Shown here: piece after piece, positions 1 to 10,110 of the stretch | How positions within the stretch are numbered: the first letter of the stretch is position 1 | Layout of the letters: every line of letters starts with the position of its first letter | From: an uncultured delta proteobacterium | GTDB lineage: Bacteria > Myxococcota_A > Polyangia > Polyangiales > B10-G4 | Assembly: GCA_963727445.1 (NCBI GenBank) | Contig: CAVSGI010000010.1 | Span: forward strand, 1,088,001 to 1,152,000 | DNA: 64,000 nt | Reading direction: 5' to 3' | Made by a program: the position numbers and the translations under genes | Notes under the pieces: model-generated | Told to the model about the DNA's origin: nothing | Database searches by the model: none | The model's input: the letters and a program-made list of their open reading frames with translations, nothing else

Positions 1-93
1 GCCCGGGCGAGGGCTTCATCCACTGTAAGAGGCGATAGGCGCCCCCACCGATCGCTGATAGCCTGGCCGGCCCACCATCCCCGAGGAGGCCAC

Positions 94-1200
94 GTGGCCA
101 AGAAGAAGACGGGCGAAGCACAGTCGGCGCAGCGGCCGCCGGCGGAGATCCTCTACGCGGAGGAGCTGTCGAAGCTGCGCGAGAAGGACAAAGGCGAGAA
201 GCCCCCGGGCTGGTCGATGTCGCTGCCAGCGGTGCGCCGCTTCATCCTGGGCGATCCCGACCTCGGTATCCGAAAGAAGTTCGTGGGCAATCCGTCGCTG
301 GTGGACCGGGCGATGGTCACGCTGGCGACGAGCCGGGGGCTGATGCTGATCGGCGAGCCGGGGACGGCCAAGTCGCTGCTCTCGGAGCTCCTCGCGGCGG
401 CGATCAGCGGCGACTCGACGCTCACCATCCAGGGGGGCGCGGCGACCACCGAGGATCAGATCAAGTACTCGTGGAACTACGCGCTCCTCGTCTCCGAAGG
501 GCCCTCTCCGAAGGCGCTGGTGCCGGCGCCGATGTATCGGGGGATGAGCGAGGGGAAGATCGTCCGCTTCGAGGAGATCACCCGCTGCCCCCTGGAGGTA
601 CAGGACTCGATGCTCTCGCTGCTCTCGGACCGGGTGCTCGCGGTGCCCGAGCTCGAAGGCGCGCACGGGATGGTCTTCGCGACCGAGGGCTTCAACGTCA
701 TCGCGACGGCGAACACCCGCGACCGCGGCGTCAACGAGATGAGCGCTGCGCTCAAGCGCCGCCTGAACTTCGAGACCGTCTTCCCGATCGCCGACTACGA
801 GACCGAGCTGGCGCTCGTGCGCTCGGAGGCGAGCCGGCTCCTCGAGAAGTCCGGCGTACCCATCGCACCGGACCCCGACGTCCTCGACATCCTGGTGACG
901 ACCTTCCGCGAGCTTCGCAGCGGCGAGACCAGCGACGGGCAGGCGATGGAGCGTCTCTCCACCGTGATGTCGACGGCCGAAGCCGTCTCGGTGGCGCACA
1001 CGGTGGGCGTCCGCGGCTACTACCTGCGCGGCGAAGCCGGGACGCCGGAGGACGTGGTGGAGTGCCTGTCGGGCACTGCGGCGAAGGACTCCGAGGACGA
1101 CCTCAAACGCATCCGCCGCTACCTCGAGCAGAGCGTGCCCAAGAAGAAGGGCAAGCACTGGAAGATGCTCTACGAAGCGCGGAACCTCCTCCCCGGCTGA
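94..1200 (+). CDS. yehL: MoxR-related AAA+ ATPase (YehL-like)
   Basis: GTG start after GAGGAGG RBS; Walker A GEPGTAKS; Walker B-like VRFEEITRC; ATANTRDRGVNEMSAALKRR sensor/Arg-finger region; N-terminal QRPPAEILYAEEL typical of the YehL group. Confidence 0.85.
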   Translation: MAKKKTGEAQSAQRPPAEILYAEELSKLREKDKGEKPPGWSMSLPAVRRFILGDPDLGIRKKFVGNPSLVDRAMVTLATSRGLMLIGEPGTAKSLLSELLAAAISGDSTLTIQGGAATTEDQIKYSWNYALLVSEGPSPKALVPAPMYRGMSEGKIVRFEEITRCPLEVQDSMLSLLSDRVLAVPELEGAHGMVFATEGFNVIATANTRDRGVNEMSAALKRRLNFETVFPIADYETELALVRSEASRLLEKSGVPIAPDPDVLDILVTTFRELRSGETSDGQAMERLSTVMSTAEAVSVAHTVGVRGYYLRGEAGTPEDVVECLSGTAAKDSEDDLKRIRRYLEQSVPKKKGKHWKMLYEARNLLPG

Positions 1201-1217
1201 AGATGGTCTGAGCCTCG

Positions 1218-3686
1218 ATGGCGATCCGCTACATCGGCGTCCGGCACCACAGCCCGGCCTGCGCGCGGCTGGTGCGGCACGTGATCCGCGAGCTGGCGCC
1301 CGCGTACGTGCTGATCGAGGGCCCCGCCGACATGAACGATCGCATCAGCGAGCTGCTCCTCGAGCATCAGCTGCCGCTCGCGATCTTCAGCTACTACCAG
1401 AACCTTCCGGTGGAGCTCGGACACGGGCATGGGCACGGGCACGCGCCGGCGGTCGTGGACGACGCCGAAGGTGGACAAGGGGATGAAGAGCCCCGCGTCG
1501 TCCACCAGCGCTTCGCCTCATGGTCGCCCTTCTGCGACTACTCGCCCGAGTGGGTCGCGATCAAGGAGGGCGCGAGGGCGGGGGCCGACGTGCTCTTCAT
1601 CGATCTGCCTTCGTGGGACAAGGCCTTCGCCGGCGTCGAGAATCGCTACTCGGATGGCGACCGCCGGATGAACGACGCGGTGGTGGCGCTCTGCGAGCGC
1701 TTCGGTGTCGACGGCATGGACGCGCTCTGGGACCACCTCTTCGAGCAGGAGATGCCGGAAGCCGTCCTCGAGGAGCGTCTCGGGGCGTATTTCGAGGGCC
1801 TGCGCGGCGACCTGCCCGGCGGCGACCGCGACGGGCCACGCGAAGCGTTCATGGCGAAGTACATCGCCCACTACGCCAGAGAGGCCGGCAAGGGCGACGT
1901 CCTCGTGCTCACCGGCGGTTATCACAAGCCGGCCCTCGAGCGCATGGTCCCGAAGGAGAGCGGCGAGGCCCTCCCGGAGATGCCTCAGCCCCACGAAGAG
2001 GCGCGCCACGGCAGCTTCCTCGTCCCCTACTCCTTCCGCCGCCTCGACAGCTTCACCGGCTACCAGTCCGGCATGCCCTCGCCCCAGTACTACCAGACTG
2101 TCTGGGAAGAGGGCGTGGACGAGGCCCCGGACGCGCTCCTCGAGACCGCCGTCAAGCGCTTGCGCGACAAGGACCAGCGCGTCTCCGCTGCCGATCTGAT
2201 CGCCGTTCGCACCATGGCCGAGGGCCTCGCCCGCATGCGCGGCCACAAGCACCTCGCCCGCGTCGACATCCTCGACGGCATCGCCGCCGCGCTCGTGAAG
2301 GACGCCCAGGACGCGCCGTTGCCCTGGACCCAGCGCGGCACCATCCGCCACGGCACCGATCCGATCCTGGTCGAAGTGGTCGCCGCGCTCTCCGGCGAAA
2401 AGCGCGGCAAGCTCCACCCCGACACGCCACGCCCGCCGCTCATCCACGACGTCGCGAGCGAGCTCGAAAACCACGACCTCGTTCCGAAGGAGACCAAGCG
2501 CCGCGTCGAGGTGGATCTCACCGACGCCGCGGGCCTCGCGAAGAGCCGCGTCCTGCACCGTCTCAACGTCCTCGGGATCCCCGGTTTCATCCGCACCCAC
2601 GGCCCGCGCTGGGCCACGGACCCGGTGCTCGAAGAGCGCTGGGAGATCCTCGAGCTCTTCGAACAGGAGTCGGCGATCATCGAAGCGTCGGCCTACGGCG
2701 CGTCCCTGATGAGCGCCGCCGGGGCGAAGCTGGAGGAGGCCGCCGAGCAGGCCGAGGGAAACCTCGCCGCCCTCACCGACGTCCTCGGCGCCGCGACCTT
2801 CGTCGGAATGGAGCTCCTCGGCGGGCGCATCCTCTCCCAGCTCCACTCGCTCGCTGGCAAGGAGAACGACTTCCAGCGGCTGGGCCACGCGCTGACCCGG
2901 CTCCTCGCCCTCTATCGCCACGACACCCTCCTCGGCTCGGCGCGGAGCGAGGCCCTCGGCACCGTCGTCGAGGCCGCCTACGAACGCGGCCTGTGGCTGG
3001 TCGAGGGGATCAGCGGCAGCCAGGCCGACGTCGGCCCCGGGCTCCTCGAGGCGGTGGTCGCGATCCGCGACGCGCTCCGCTTCGCCGGCAACGCGCGCGG
3101 GCTCAACGCCGACCGGGCCCAGGGCGTGATGACCCGGCGCTCCGTGGACGACGACGCGCCGCCGGATCTCCGCGGTGCGGCCCTCGGGTTTCTCTGGAGC
3201 ATGGGCACCTTCGAGTCCACCGAGGACGCCGAGGCGCACGCGGTGCGCGCGCTGCACAAGGCGTCACAGCCCGCTCAGCTCGGCGACTGGCTCGCCGGAC
3301 TCTTCGCCCTCGCCCGTGAAGAGGTGCTCTACGGCGAAGAGCACGAGGACGATCACGAGGATGATGAGAAGAAGCGCGACACCTCGCTCCTCTCGGTCCT
3401 CGACGACACCGTCTCCAGCCTCGGCCACGAGGACTACCTGATCGCCCTGCCCTCGCTGCGCCTCGCCTTCAGCTACTTCCCGCCCCGCGAGAAGGAGAGC
3501 CTCGCGCGCCGCATCCTGCGCTTTCACGGCGAGGAGAAGGTCTCTCCCATGTCGCTCACGCGCCTGCCGGTGGAGGCCAAGACGCTGGTCAGCTCGAAGG
3601 CCCTCGAGACGCGCGTGGACGAGCGGGAGGCGAAGTACGGCCTCGGTCCCTGGACCCCCGAGAACGAAGCGGAGGCGAGCCCGTGA
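1218..3686 (+). CDS. yehM: DUF5682 family protein (YehM-like)
   Basis: IGVRHHSPACAR, VLIEGP, SPEW, GGYH and GYQSGMPSP motifs; lies between the AAA+ and VWA genes. Confidence 0.8.
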   Translation: MAIRYIGVRHHSPACARLVRHVIRELAPAYVLIEGPADMNDRISELLLEHQLPLAIFSYYQNLPVELGHGHGHGHAPAVVDDAEGGQGDEEPRVVHQRFASWSPFCDYSPEWVAIKEGARAGADVLFIDLPSWDKAFAGVENRYSDGDRRMNDAVVALCERFGVDGMDALWDHLFEQEMPEAVLEERLGAYFEGLRGDLPGGDRDGPREAFMAKYIAHYAREAGKGDVLVLTGGYHKPALERMVPKESGEALPEMPQPHEEARHGSFLVPYSFRRLDSFTGYQSGMPSPQYYQTVWEEGVDEAPDALLETAVKRLRDKDQRVSAADLIAVRTMAEGLARMRGHKHLARVDILDGIAAALVKDAQDAPLPWTQRGTIRHGTDPILVEVVAALSGEKRGKLHPDTPRPPLIHDVASELENHDLVPKETKRRVEVDLTDAAGLAKSRVLHRLNVLGIPGFIRTHGPRWATDPVLEERWEILELFEQESAIIEASAYGASLMSAAGAKLEEAAEQAEGNLAALTDVLGAATFVGMELLGGRILSQLHSLAGKENDFQRLGHALTRLLALYRHDTLLGSARSEALGTVVEAAYERGLWLVEGISGSQADVGPGLLEAVVAIRDALRFAGNARGLNADRAQGVMTRRSVDDDAPPDLRGAALGFLWSMGTFESTEDAEAHAVRALHKASQPAQLGDWLAGLFALAREEVLYGEEHEDDHEDDEKKRDTSLLSVLDDTVSSLGHEDYLIALPSLRLAFSYFPPREKESLARRILRFHGEEKVSPMSLTRLPVEAKTLVSSKALETRVDEREAKYGLGPWTPENEAEASP

Positions 3687-4849
3687 GCGACGGCGCAGAC
3701 GAGCCTCTCGAGCCCATCGTCCGCTGGCGTCTCATCCTTGGCGAGGCGTCCGGCGGCGCGCTCGGCCAGCCCGGCGGCGCCGCGCGCTCGATGGACGCCG
3801 CCCTCGAGTGGCTCTACGGCCGCGAAGGCGACCTCGCGGGCCGAGGCGTGCGCGGGCAGGGGGGTGGTGAGCCTGGCTCGGATTGCTCGGGGGGGAGCGG
3901 CGGCTCGGTCCTCGACGTCCCCACCTGGCTCGACGAGGTCCACAAGCTCTTCCCCAAGGAGACCATCGAGCGTCTCGAGCGTGACGCCGTCGAGCGCTAC
4001 GAGATCCACGAGGTCGTGACCAACCCCGAGGTGCTCGAACGGATCGAGCCCAACGAGACGCTGCTGAAGGCGGTGCTCAAGACGAAGCACCTGATGAACG
4101 ACAAGGTGCTCGTACTCGCGCGGCGCATCGTCGCCGAGGTGGTCAAGCAGCTGATGGAGAAGATGGCCAAGGAGATCCGGAATGCCTTCAGCGGCACCCT
4201 CGATCGCCGGCGCCACTCCCCGCTCAAGAACAGCAAAAACTTCGACTTCAAGCGGACGCTCCGCGCCAACCTCGGGCGCTACGTCCCCGACGAAAAGAAG
4301 ATCTACCTCGACAAGACCTTCTTCTTCTCGCGCACCAAGCGCCACACCGAGAAGTGGCAGGTGATCCTCCTCGTCGACCAGTCGGGCTCGATGGCCGGCT
4401 CGGTGATTCACTCTGCGGTGACCGCGGCGTGCCTCTGGGGCCTCCCCGGCCTGAAGTGCCACCTGGTCGCCTTCGACACCAACGTCGTCGACCTGACGGA
4501 CGACGTGGTCGATCCGGTCGAGCTGCTCATGAAAGTCCAGCTCGGCGGCGGCACCAACATCGCCAACGCGGTGCAGTACGCGACCGAGCTCGTCGAAGCT
4601 CCGCGCCGCGCGATCGTGGTCCTGATCAGCGACTTCTTCGAAGGCGGCGACCCCTACCGGCTCCTTCAGCTGATCAAGGGGCTCTGCGAGCAGAAGACGA
4701 CCGTGCTGGGCCTCGCGGCGCTCGAGGTGGACGCGACGCCGAACTTCGACCGCCAGATGGCGGCGCAGATGGTGGAGCTGGGGGCCCACGTGGGCGCCAT
4801 GACGCCGGGGCAGCTCGCGGAGTTCATCGCCGAGAAGGTGGGCAAGTGA
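3683..4849 (+). CDS. yehP: VWA domain protein (YehP/CoxE-like)
   Basis: RWRLILG N-terminus; MIDAS DQSGS; LGGGTNI; ISDFFEG; GTGA overlap with the upstream stop. Confidence 0.85.
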   Translation: MSDGADEPLEPIVRWRLILGEASGGALGQPGGAARSMDAALEWLYGREGDLAGRGVRGQGGGEPGSDCSGGSGGSVLDVPTWLDEVHKLFPKETIERLERDAVERYEIHEVVTNPEVLERIEPNETLLKAVLKTKHLMNDKVLVLARRIVAEVVKQLMEKMAKEIRNAFSGTLDRRRHSPLKNSKNFDFKRTLRANLGRYVPDEKKIYLDKTFFFSRTKRHTEKWQVILLVDQSGSMAGSVIHSAVTAACLWGLPGLKCHLVAFDTNVVDLTDDVVDPVELLMKVQLGGGTNIANAVQYATELVEAPRRAIVVLISDFFEGGDPYRLLQLIKGLCEQKTTVLGLAALEVDATPNFDRQMAAQMVELGAHVGAMTPGQLAEFIAEKVGK

Positions 4850-6867
4850 CGATCCGCGACGATCTCTTGCGCCTCACCCCCGACGCCCTCGCGTCCCTCG
4901 CCAACAAGGGCCTGGTCAAGCGCGCGCAGAAGGAGATCGACGCGGGGAAGGTCCCGGAGATCGAGACCCAGGACGACGGCACCGTGATCGGCCGCTGGGA
5001 CGACGGCGTGGTGACCACCATCCCCGACGACACGCCGCTCAAGGACTGGCCCTGCACCTGCGGCGCGCGCGGCAAGTGTCGCCACCGCGTGGGGCTGGTC
5101 TTCGCCTACCAGCAGTTCCAGGCGGGCCGCGCGAGCGCGCCTCCCGAGGTGCGCGAGGTGCGCGCCGAGACGCTGGTCGAATGGTCGCCGGCGATCTTCG
5201 ACGACGAGGAGCTCACCGCCCTCGCCGGTAAGCGCGCCATGAGCCGCGCGCGGTCGCTGCGCCGCAAGGGCTACATCGCGAAGGTGCGCCGCCCCACCGC
5301 CGAGGATCCGGTGCCGACCGTCGAGCTCTCCACCTGCACCGTGCGCTTTCTGGTGCCGCGCGAGCTCGCCCACGCCCAGACCGATTCGCGCGACCTCAAC
5401 GAGCACGTCTTCGTGACCCTCGCGGTGTGGGCCTTCCGCGTCGCCGACGAGACCAGGCCCGAGGGCAGCGTCGTCGAGGTCGAGGTGGCGGCCGAAGAAG
5501 CGACCACCGGGGCCATCGCGCCGAGCCTCGGCCGCGCAAAGGCCCTCGCCGACGAGATCCTCCTCGAGGGCGTCGTCAACGGCCGGCCCTCGCAGGCCGC
5601 GCAGTTCGAGCGCGTGCGCCGCGAGCTCGACAAGGAGAAGCTCATCTGGCCGTCGCTCTGTGTCGACGAGATCGAGGCTCAGCTCCTCGCCTATCACGCG
5701 CGGAGCGCGCACTACCACGTGAGCGCCTTCGCCGACCTGGTGCTCGAGCTCCACGCGCGCGACCGCGCCGCGCGACGCGGCGACGGGGTCCCGTCGCGCA
5801 GCATCCTCGGCCTCGGCGAGTCGATGAGCACCGACATGAAGCACCTGAGCCTCCTCGCGCTCGGGGCGCGGGTCACCGGCGCCGACAACGAGCGGCGCGC
5901 CGACGTCTTCTTCATCGACTCGAAGACCTCGACCACCCTGGTGCTCCGCCGGGAGTGGAAATTCGAGGAGGGGCAGCCCGTTCCGAGCGGCGACGCGCTC
6001 GCGAAGAAACAGCTCGCCGCCCGCTCCACCCTCGCGTCCCTCGCCAAGGGCAAGGTCGTCACGCAGTCAGCGCAGCGGCGAGCGAACCGCCTGCTCGTCC
6101 TCAAGAAGGGCGCGATCGCGCGGACCAGCGTCGCGCCCTCGGAACATCGCTGGGACGAGCTCCCCGAGCCGCTCCGGGTGACCGACGTCCAAGCGCTCTC
6201 CCGCGAGCTCGCCGAGCGCCCGCCGCGCTTCCTTCGACCCAAGCTCCTCGCCGACAACCTCCGGGTGATCGCCATCGGGCAGATCGCGAAGATGCTCTAC
6301 GCCCCCGGCGCACAACAGCTCAGCGCGCTCGCGACCGACCCTCTCGATCAGCCCTTCGTGCTGCGCCTGGTGCATCGCGCGGCCGCGCCGGGCGCCCTCG
6401 ATCTGCTCGCGCGCGTGCTCTCGGGGTCGGAGGGCGCGCCGCGCTACGTGTCGGGCACCGTGCATCGGACCGCCCAGGGCATCCTGGTCACGCCCATCGC
6501 CGTCCTCGCCGACGAGCTCCACATCCTCGACCTCGCGCCGGAAGAGACCAAGCATCCGATGGAGATCGAGGACGACGTGATCGCCAGCGATCCAACGACG
6601 CAGGCGCTTCACCGCGCGGCCGAGGTCCTCGCGGAAGGGGCCCATCGCGGGCTGCGCCACGTCTCGCCGACCTACGGTGAGCGCATCACCGCGGCGGCGG
6701 CGCGCCTGTCACGGATAGGGCTTTCGAAGACGAGCGAGCGTGTCAGCGCGGTGGCATCCGCGGTGCGCCGCGCGCAGGCGAGCGGTGACGAAGAAGTCGA
6801 AACGCTGGCTGCCCGCGCGTGGGTCGACGCGCTGCTCCGCGTGCGTCTGTGTGAGGAGGTCGTCTGA
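4846..6867 (+). CDS. yehQ: SWIM zinc-finger protein (YehQ-like)
   Basis: GTG at 4846 overlaps the VWA stop (GTGA); LASLANKGLVKRA N-terminus; SWIM motif CTCGARGKCRH; the ORF-track start at 4354 is an upstream extension. Confidence 0.8.
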   Translation: MTIRDDLLRLTPDALASLANKGLVKRAQKEIDAGKVPEIETQDDGTVIGRWDDGVVTTIPDDTPLKDWPCTCGARGKCRHRVGLVFAYQQFQAGRASAPPEVREVRAETLVEWSPAIFDDEELTALAGKRAMSRARSLRRKGYIAKVRRPTAEDPVPTVELSTCTVRFLVPRELAHAQTDSRDLNEHVFVTLAVWAFRVADETRPEGSVVEVEVAAEEATTGAIAPSLGRAKALADEILLEGVVNGRPSQAAQFERVRRELDKEKLIWPSLCVDEIEAQLLAYHARSAHYHVSAFADLVLELHARDRAARRGDGVPSRSILGLGESMSTDMKHLSLLALGARVTGADNERRADVFFIDSKTSTTLVLRREWKFEEGQPVPSGDALAKKQLAARSTLASLAKGKVVTQSAQRRANRLLVLKKGAIARTSVAPSEHRWDELPEPLRVTDVQALSRELAERPPRFLRPKLLADNLRVIAIGQIAKMLYAPGAQQLSALATDPLDQPFVLRLVHRAAAPGALDLLARVLSGSEGAPRYVSGTVHRTAQGILVTPIAVLADELHILDLAPEETKHPMEIEDDVIASDPTTQALHRAAEVLAEGAHRGLRHVSPTYGERITAAAARLSRIGLSKTSERVSAVASAVRRAQASGDEEVETLAARAWVDALLRVRLCEEVV

Positions 6868-9800
6868 ATGGGGATCATTCATTGGAGTGAGGAGGCGCGA
6901 AATCGCGTCTCGGTCCTGAGCGCAGAGGGGCTCGGCGAAGACAAGCCTCGAACGACCGCCTATTACTGGTCGAACATCAAGAAGAAGTTCCGCGCGCCCG
7001 AGCGCTACGTGGAAGGGCTCGAGACCGCCGAGCCGGACATCCGCGAATGGACGGAGCACGCCGCGCGTCTCCTCGCCGAAAAAGAGCCGCCGGACGCCAG
7101 CACGCCCGACGAGGTGGTGACGCTTCTGTGGCTGATGACGCCCCAAGCCGGGGTGATCCACGCCCGTTTCATGGTCGGCGCTTTCGGGCTGCCGCGCGCC
7201 ATCGGAACCTGGGCCGCCGCTTCGGACCTCTACGTCCGATCACCGAGCTACCGTGTGAAGGACCAGAAGGGCTTCACCATCACTCGCCGCGACGAGCCGA
7301 TGGCGCTCAATCACGTCGGCTACTTTCGCGAGGCCCTGCTCCGCGCCGGCGAAGGGGAGTATCGGGACGCCAAGGCGCGGGTCACACCGCTCTTCGAACG
7401 AGGCCCCTTCCAGGTCAAGACCGCCATCCTCGAGCGATTCCCCAACGAGGAGACCTGGGTGAAGGAGCTCACCGAGGGCTATCTCGAAGACACCACGCGG
7501 CGCTACGAATGGTGGGCGCCTTCGGTGCTGCATCGCTCCCGCATCTCTCTCGAGGACGCCACACGCGTCGCCAAGCGCGCCGGCCCCGGACACTCGTCGC
7601 TCGAGACGATCCTGGATCGCTTCGACGAGGCGGCGCTGCCGATGATCTACGAGGTCGCCGACACGTCGCAGCACGCCAGCCACTTCGAGGACATGGCGCG
7701 CATCCTGGCTTGTGTGGATAGCGAGGAAGCCGCCGCATTCCTGTCGAAGAACATCGGCAAGAAGGCGGTGCGCAAGCGCGCGGTCGACTATTTCCTCCGC
7801 TTCCCCGACCGGGCGGTGGCGCTCGAGCCCTACCGCAAGAAGAAGGGCCGCAACGCCCGCATGGCGGTGGATCTGATCGAGCAGGCGGCGCGCTCGGCGC
7901 AGAAGCTCGATGTGCCGGAAGCGAAACCGAATCAGCTCCCGGCGATCCTGGTCGCCCCTCCGTGGGACGGCGGTGAGCGCCCCAAGCGCAAGGCGAAGGC
8001 CATCAAGGACCTGCCGGCCGCGCTTCCGCACGAGGACCGGCTTCACGGTCAGAGCTACCCCAAGCCGAACACGAACCAGCACCGAATGATGAACGACGCC
8101 GAGGCCGAGCAGTGGCTGAAGGACGTCGCCGAGGTCGACCCGAAGAAGCAGTGGCCGCGGAAGGTCCAGCTCTACTACTACCGTCCGGCGAAGGACCCAA
8201 AGGACACTGTCCTCGTCCGACCCGACCTCCGCCTCCAGGTCTGGAACGAAGGCACCTGGCCCTACAAGGAGCACGGCCACACCGCGATGTCGATCCTCGG
8301 TGAAGCCGGCGAGGCGGCGCTGCCCGGCTTGATTCGCTGGGCGGAAGAGCAGGTCCCGCGACAGAATCATCAATACGGGCTGCAGGCGGTGGTGGACGCG
8401 GAGGTCGCGGCGCTGGCTCCGTCGATCGCGCAAGTTCTCCGTAAGCGCGACGTCAGCAAGGTCGCGCGCACCTGGATGCGCCGCTTCCCCGAGGCGGCGA
8501 TCGCCGGGCTGCTCCCGGCGGCGGTCGGCAAGAAGAGCTCCAAGCGACGCACCGCGGCGGAGCAGGCGTTGCGATGGATGGCTGCCGAAGGTCACGAGGA
8601 GCGGATCCGCGAACGCGCAACGGAGCTCGGCAAGAGTGGGCCGGCGGCGATCGACGAGATCCTCGGCTGGGATCCGATCTTCGACTGCCCGAAGAAGCCG
8701 CCGAAGCTGCCGCCCATCTACCGGCCGGAGGGCTTCGTGCGACCGCTCTTGACGTCGGGAGAAGCGCTACCGATGTCGGCCATGAAGCGGCTGGGAGAGA
8801 TGCTGGCCTTCTCCCCGCCCGCCGAGACCTATGCCGGGATCGACCGCGTGAAGGAGCTCTGCACCGAGCGCAGCCTGGCCGAGTTCGCCTGGACCGTGGC
8901 CTCGGCATGGGAGACGGCGGGCGGCGACAAGCGCCATCGCTGGATGTACTACGCCCTGGTCCATCTGGCGGACGACGAGGTGGTCCGACGAACCACGCCC
9001 GCGCTCAAAAACCCGCTCATCGTGGACGTGCTGGCACACATCCCGACGGAGGCTTCGGCGATGGAGCTCGCCACCATCGCCTTCCGCGGCGCCAAGAGCT
9101 CCTCCTCGTACAACAGCGCGCAGATCGCCGCCGAGCAGGCGCTCGACCGGCTGGCGGAGTCTCAAAGCGTCACCCGAGACGAGCTCGACGACCAGCTCAC
9201 CCCGACCCTTGGTCTCGACGAGGACGGCACCCTGCTCCTCGATTTTGGTCCGCGGAGCTTCCGCGTGGGCTTCGACGAGCAGCTGATGCCGGAGATAATC
9301 GACGCCAAGGGCAACCGGCGGAAGGTGCTGCCGCGCGGTGCCAAGAAGGACGACCCCGACAAGCTCGCGGCCGCCAAAGTGGCGTGGAAGGAGCTCAAGG
9401 AAGACGTCGGCGCCATCGCCATGTTCCGCATCGACGCACTCGAACGGGCCATGCTGGGCGACCGCCGCTGGCCTCTCGAGGACTTCGAGAAATACTGGGC
9501 GCGTCACCGTTTGATGATGCACCTGGCGCGCCGTGTCGTGTGGGCGGCGCATCAGGGCGATGCGGGGGAGGTGGTGCTCTTTCGGATCGCGGAAGACGGC
9601 ACCTATGCCGATCAGAACGACGAGACGGTCGAGCTCGCCAGTGACGCCAAGGTCGCGGTGCCGCATCCGCTCCGCTGGCCGGACGATTCCCTCGCGGCTT
9701 GGCGCGAGGTCTTCGACGACTACGAGCTCTTGCAGCCCTTTCATCAGCTCGAACGGCCCCTCCCCCAGGTCACGGGGGAGGAGCTCGGCGCAGACGTGAT

Positions 9801-10062
9801 CGAGCGCATCAAGACGGGCAATCGCGCGCTCGGCCGCCGCGCCCTGCACGAGCGGGGCTACCATCTCTTGTCCGGCCGGCACACCAAGTCGCTCGGTGAA
9901 GAGAGCAAGGTCCTGGTGAGCCAGGGCTACTACCGCGACGGCATACGCTACCGGATCGAGTTTCAGAAGAACGACCAGGCCGCGCCCTGGAGCAAGGCAC
10001 CCGAGGGTGCGCTCGTCTTCGTCCTCGACGAGCTCGGCCTCGTCGAGCCGCGGCCCGCGTGA
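6868..10062 (+). CDS. Large DUF4132 domain protein (YehI/MolR-like C-terminal half)
   Basis: Starts immediately after the SWIM gene stop; PTLGLDEDGTLLLDFGPRSFRVGFDEQL and FDDYELLQPFHQLER motifs of DUF4132. Confidence 0.8.
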   Translation: MGIIHWSEEARNRVSVLSAEGLGEDKPRTTAYYWSNIKKKFRAPERYVEGLETAEPDIREWTEHAARLLAEKEPPDASTPDEVVTLLWLMTPQAGVIHARFMVGAFGLPRAIGTWAAASDLYVRSPSYRVKDQKGFTITRRDEPMALNHVGYFREALLRAGEGEYRDAKARVTPLFERGPFQVKTAILERFPNEETWVKELTEGYLEDTTRRYEWWAPSVLHRSRISLEDATRVAKRAGPGHSSLETILDRFDEAALPMIYEVADTSQHASHFEDMARILACVDSEEAAAFLSKNIGKKAVRKRAVDYFLRFPDRAVALEPYRKKKGRNARMAVDLIEQAARSAQKLDVPEAKPNQLPAILVAPPWDGGERPKRKAKAIKDLPAALPHEDRLHGQSYPKPNTNQHRMMNDAEAEQWLKDVAEVDPKKQWPRKVQLYYYRPAKDPKDTVLVRPDLRLQVWNEGTWPYKEHGHTAMSILGEAGEAALPGLIRWAEEQVPRQNHQYGLQAVVDAEVAALAPSIAQVLRKRDVSKVARTWMRRFPEAAIAGLLPAAVGKKSSKRRTAAEQALRWMAAEGHEERIRERATELGKSGPAAIDEILGWDPIFDCPKKPPKLPPIYRPEGFVRPLLTSGEALPMSAMKRLGEMLAFSPPAETYAGIDRVKELCTERSLAEFAWTVASAWETAGGDKRHRWMYYALVHLADDEVVRRTTPALKNPLIVDVLAHIPTEASAMELATIAFRGAKSSSSYNSAQIAAEQALDRLAESQSVTRDELDDQLTPTLGLDEDGTLLLDFGPRSFRVGFDEQLMPEIIDAKGNRRKVLPRGAKKDDPDKLAAAKVAWKELKEDVGAIAMFRIDALERAMLGDRRWPLEDFEKYWARHRLMMHLARRVVWAAHQGDAGEVVLFRIAEDGTYADQNDETVELASDAKVAVPHPLRWPDDSLAAWREVFDDYELLQPFHQLERPLPQVTGEELGADVIERIKTGNRALGRRALHERGYHLLSGRHTKSLGEESKVLVSQGYYRDGIRYRIEFQKNDQAAPWSKAPEGALVFVLDELGLVEPRPA

Positions 10063-10110
10063 TCCACTCCCATCATCGCGGACGGTAGGAAGAGGTAGGA
10101 CGTGTAGGAG

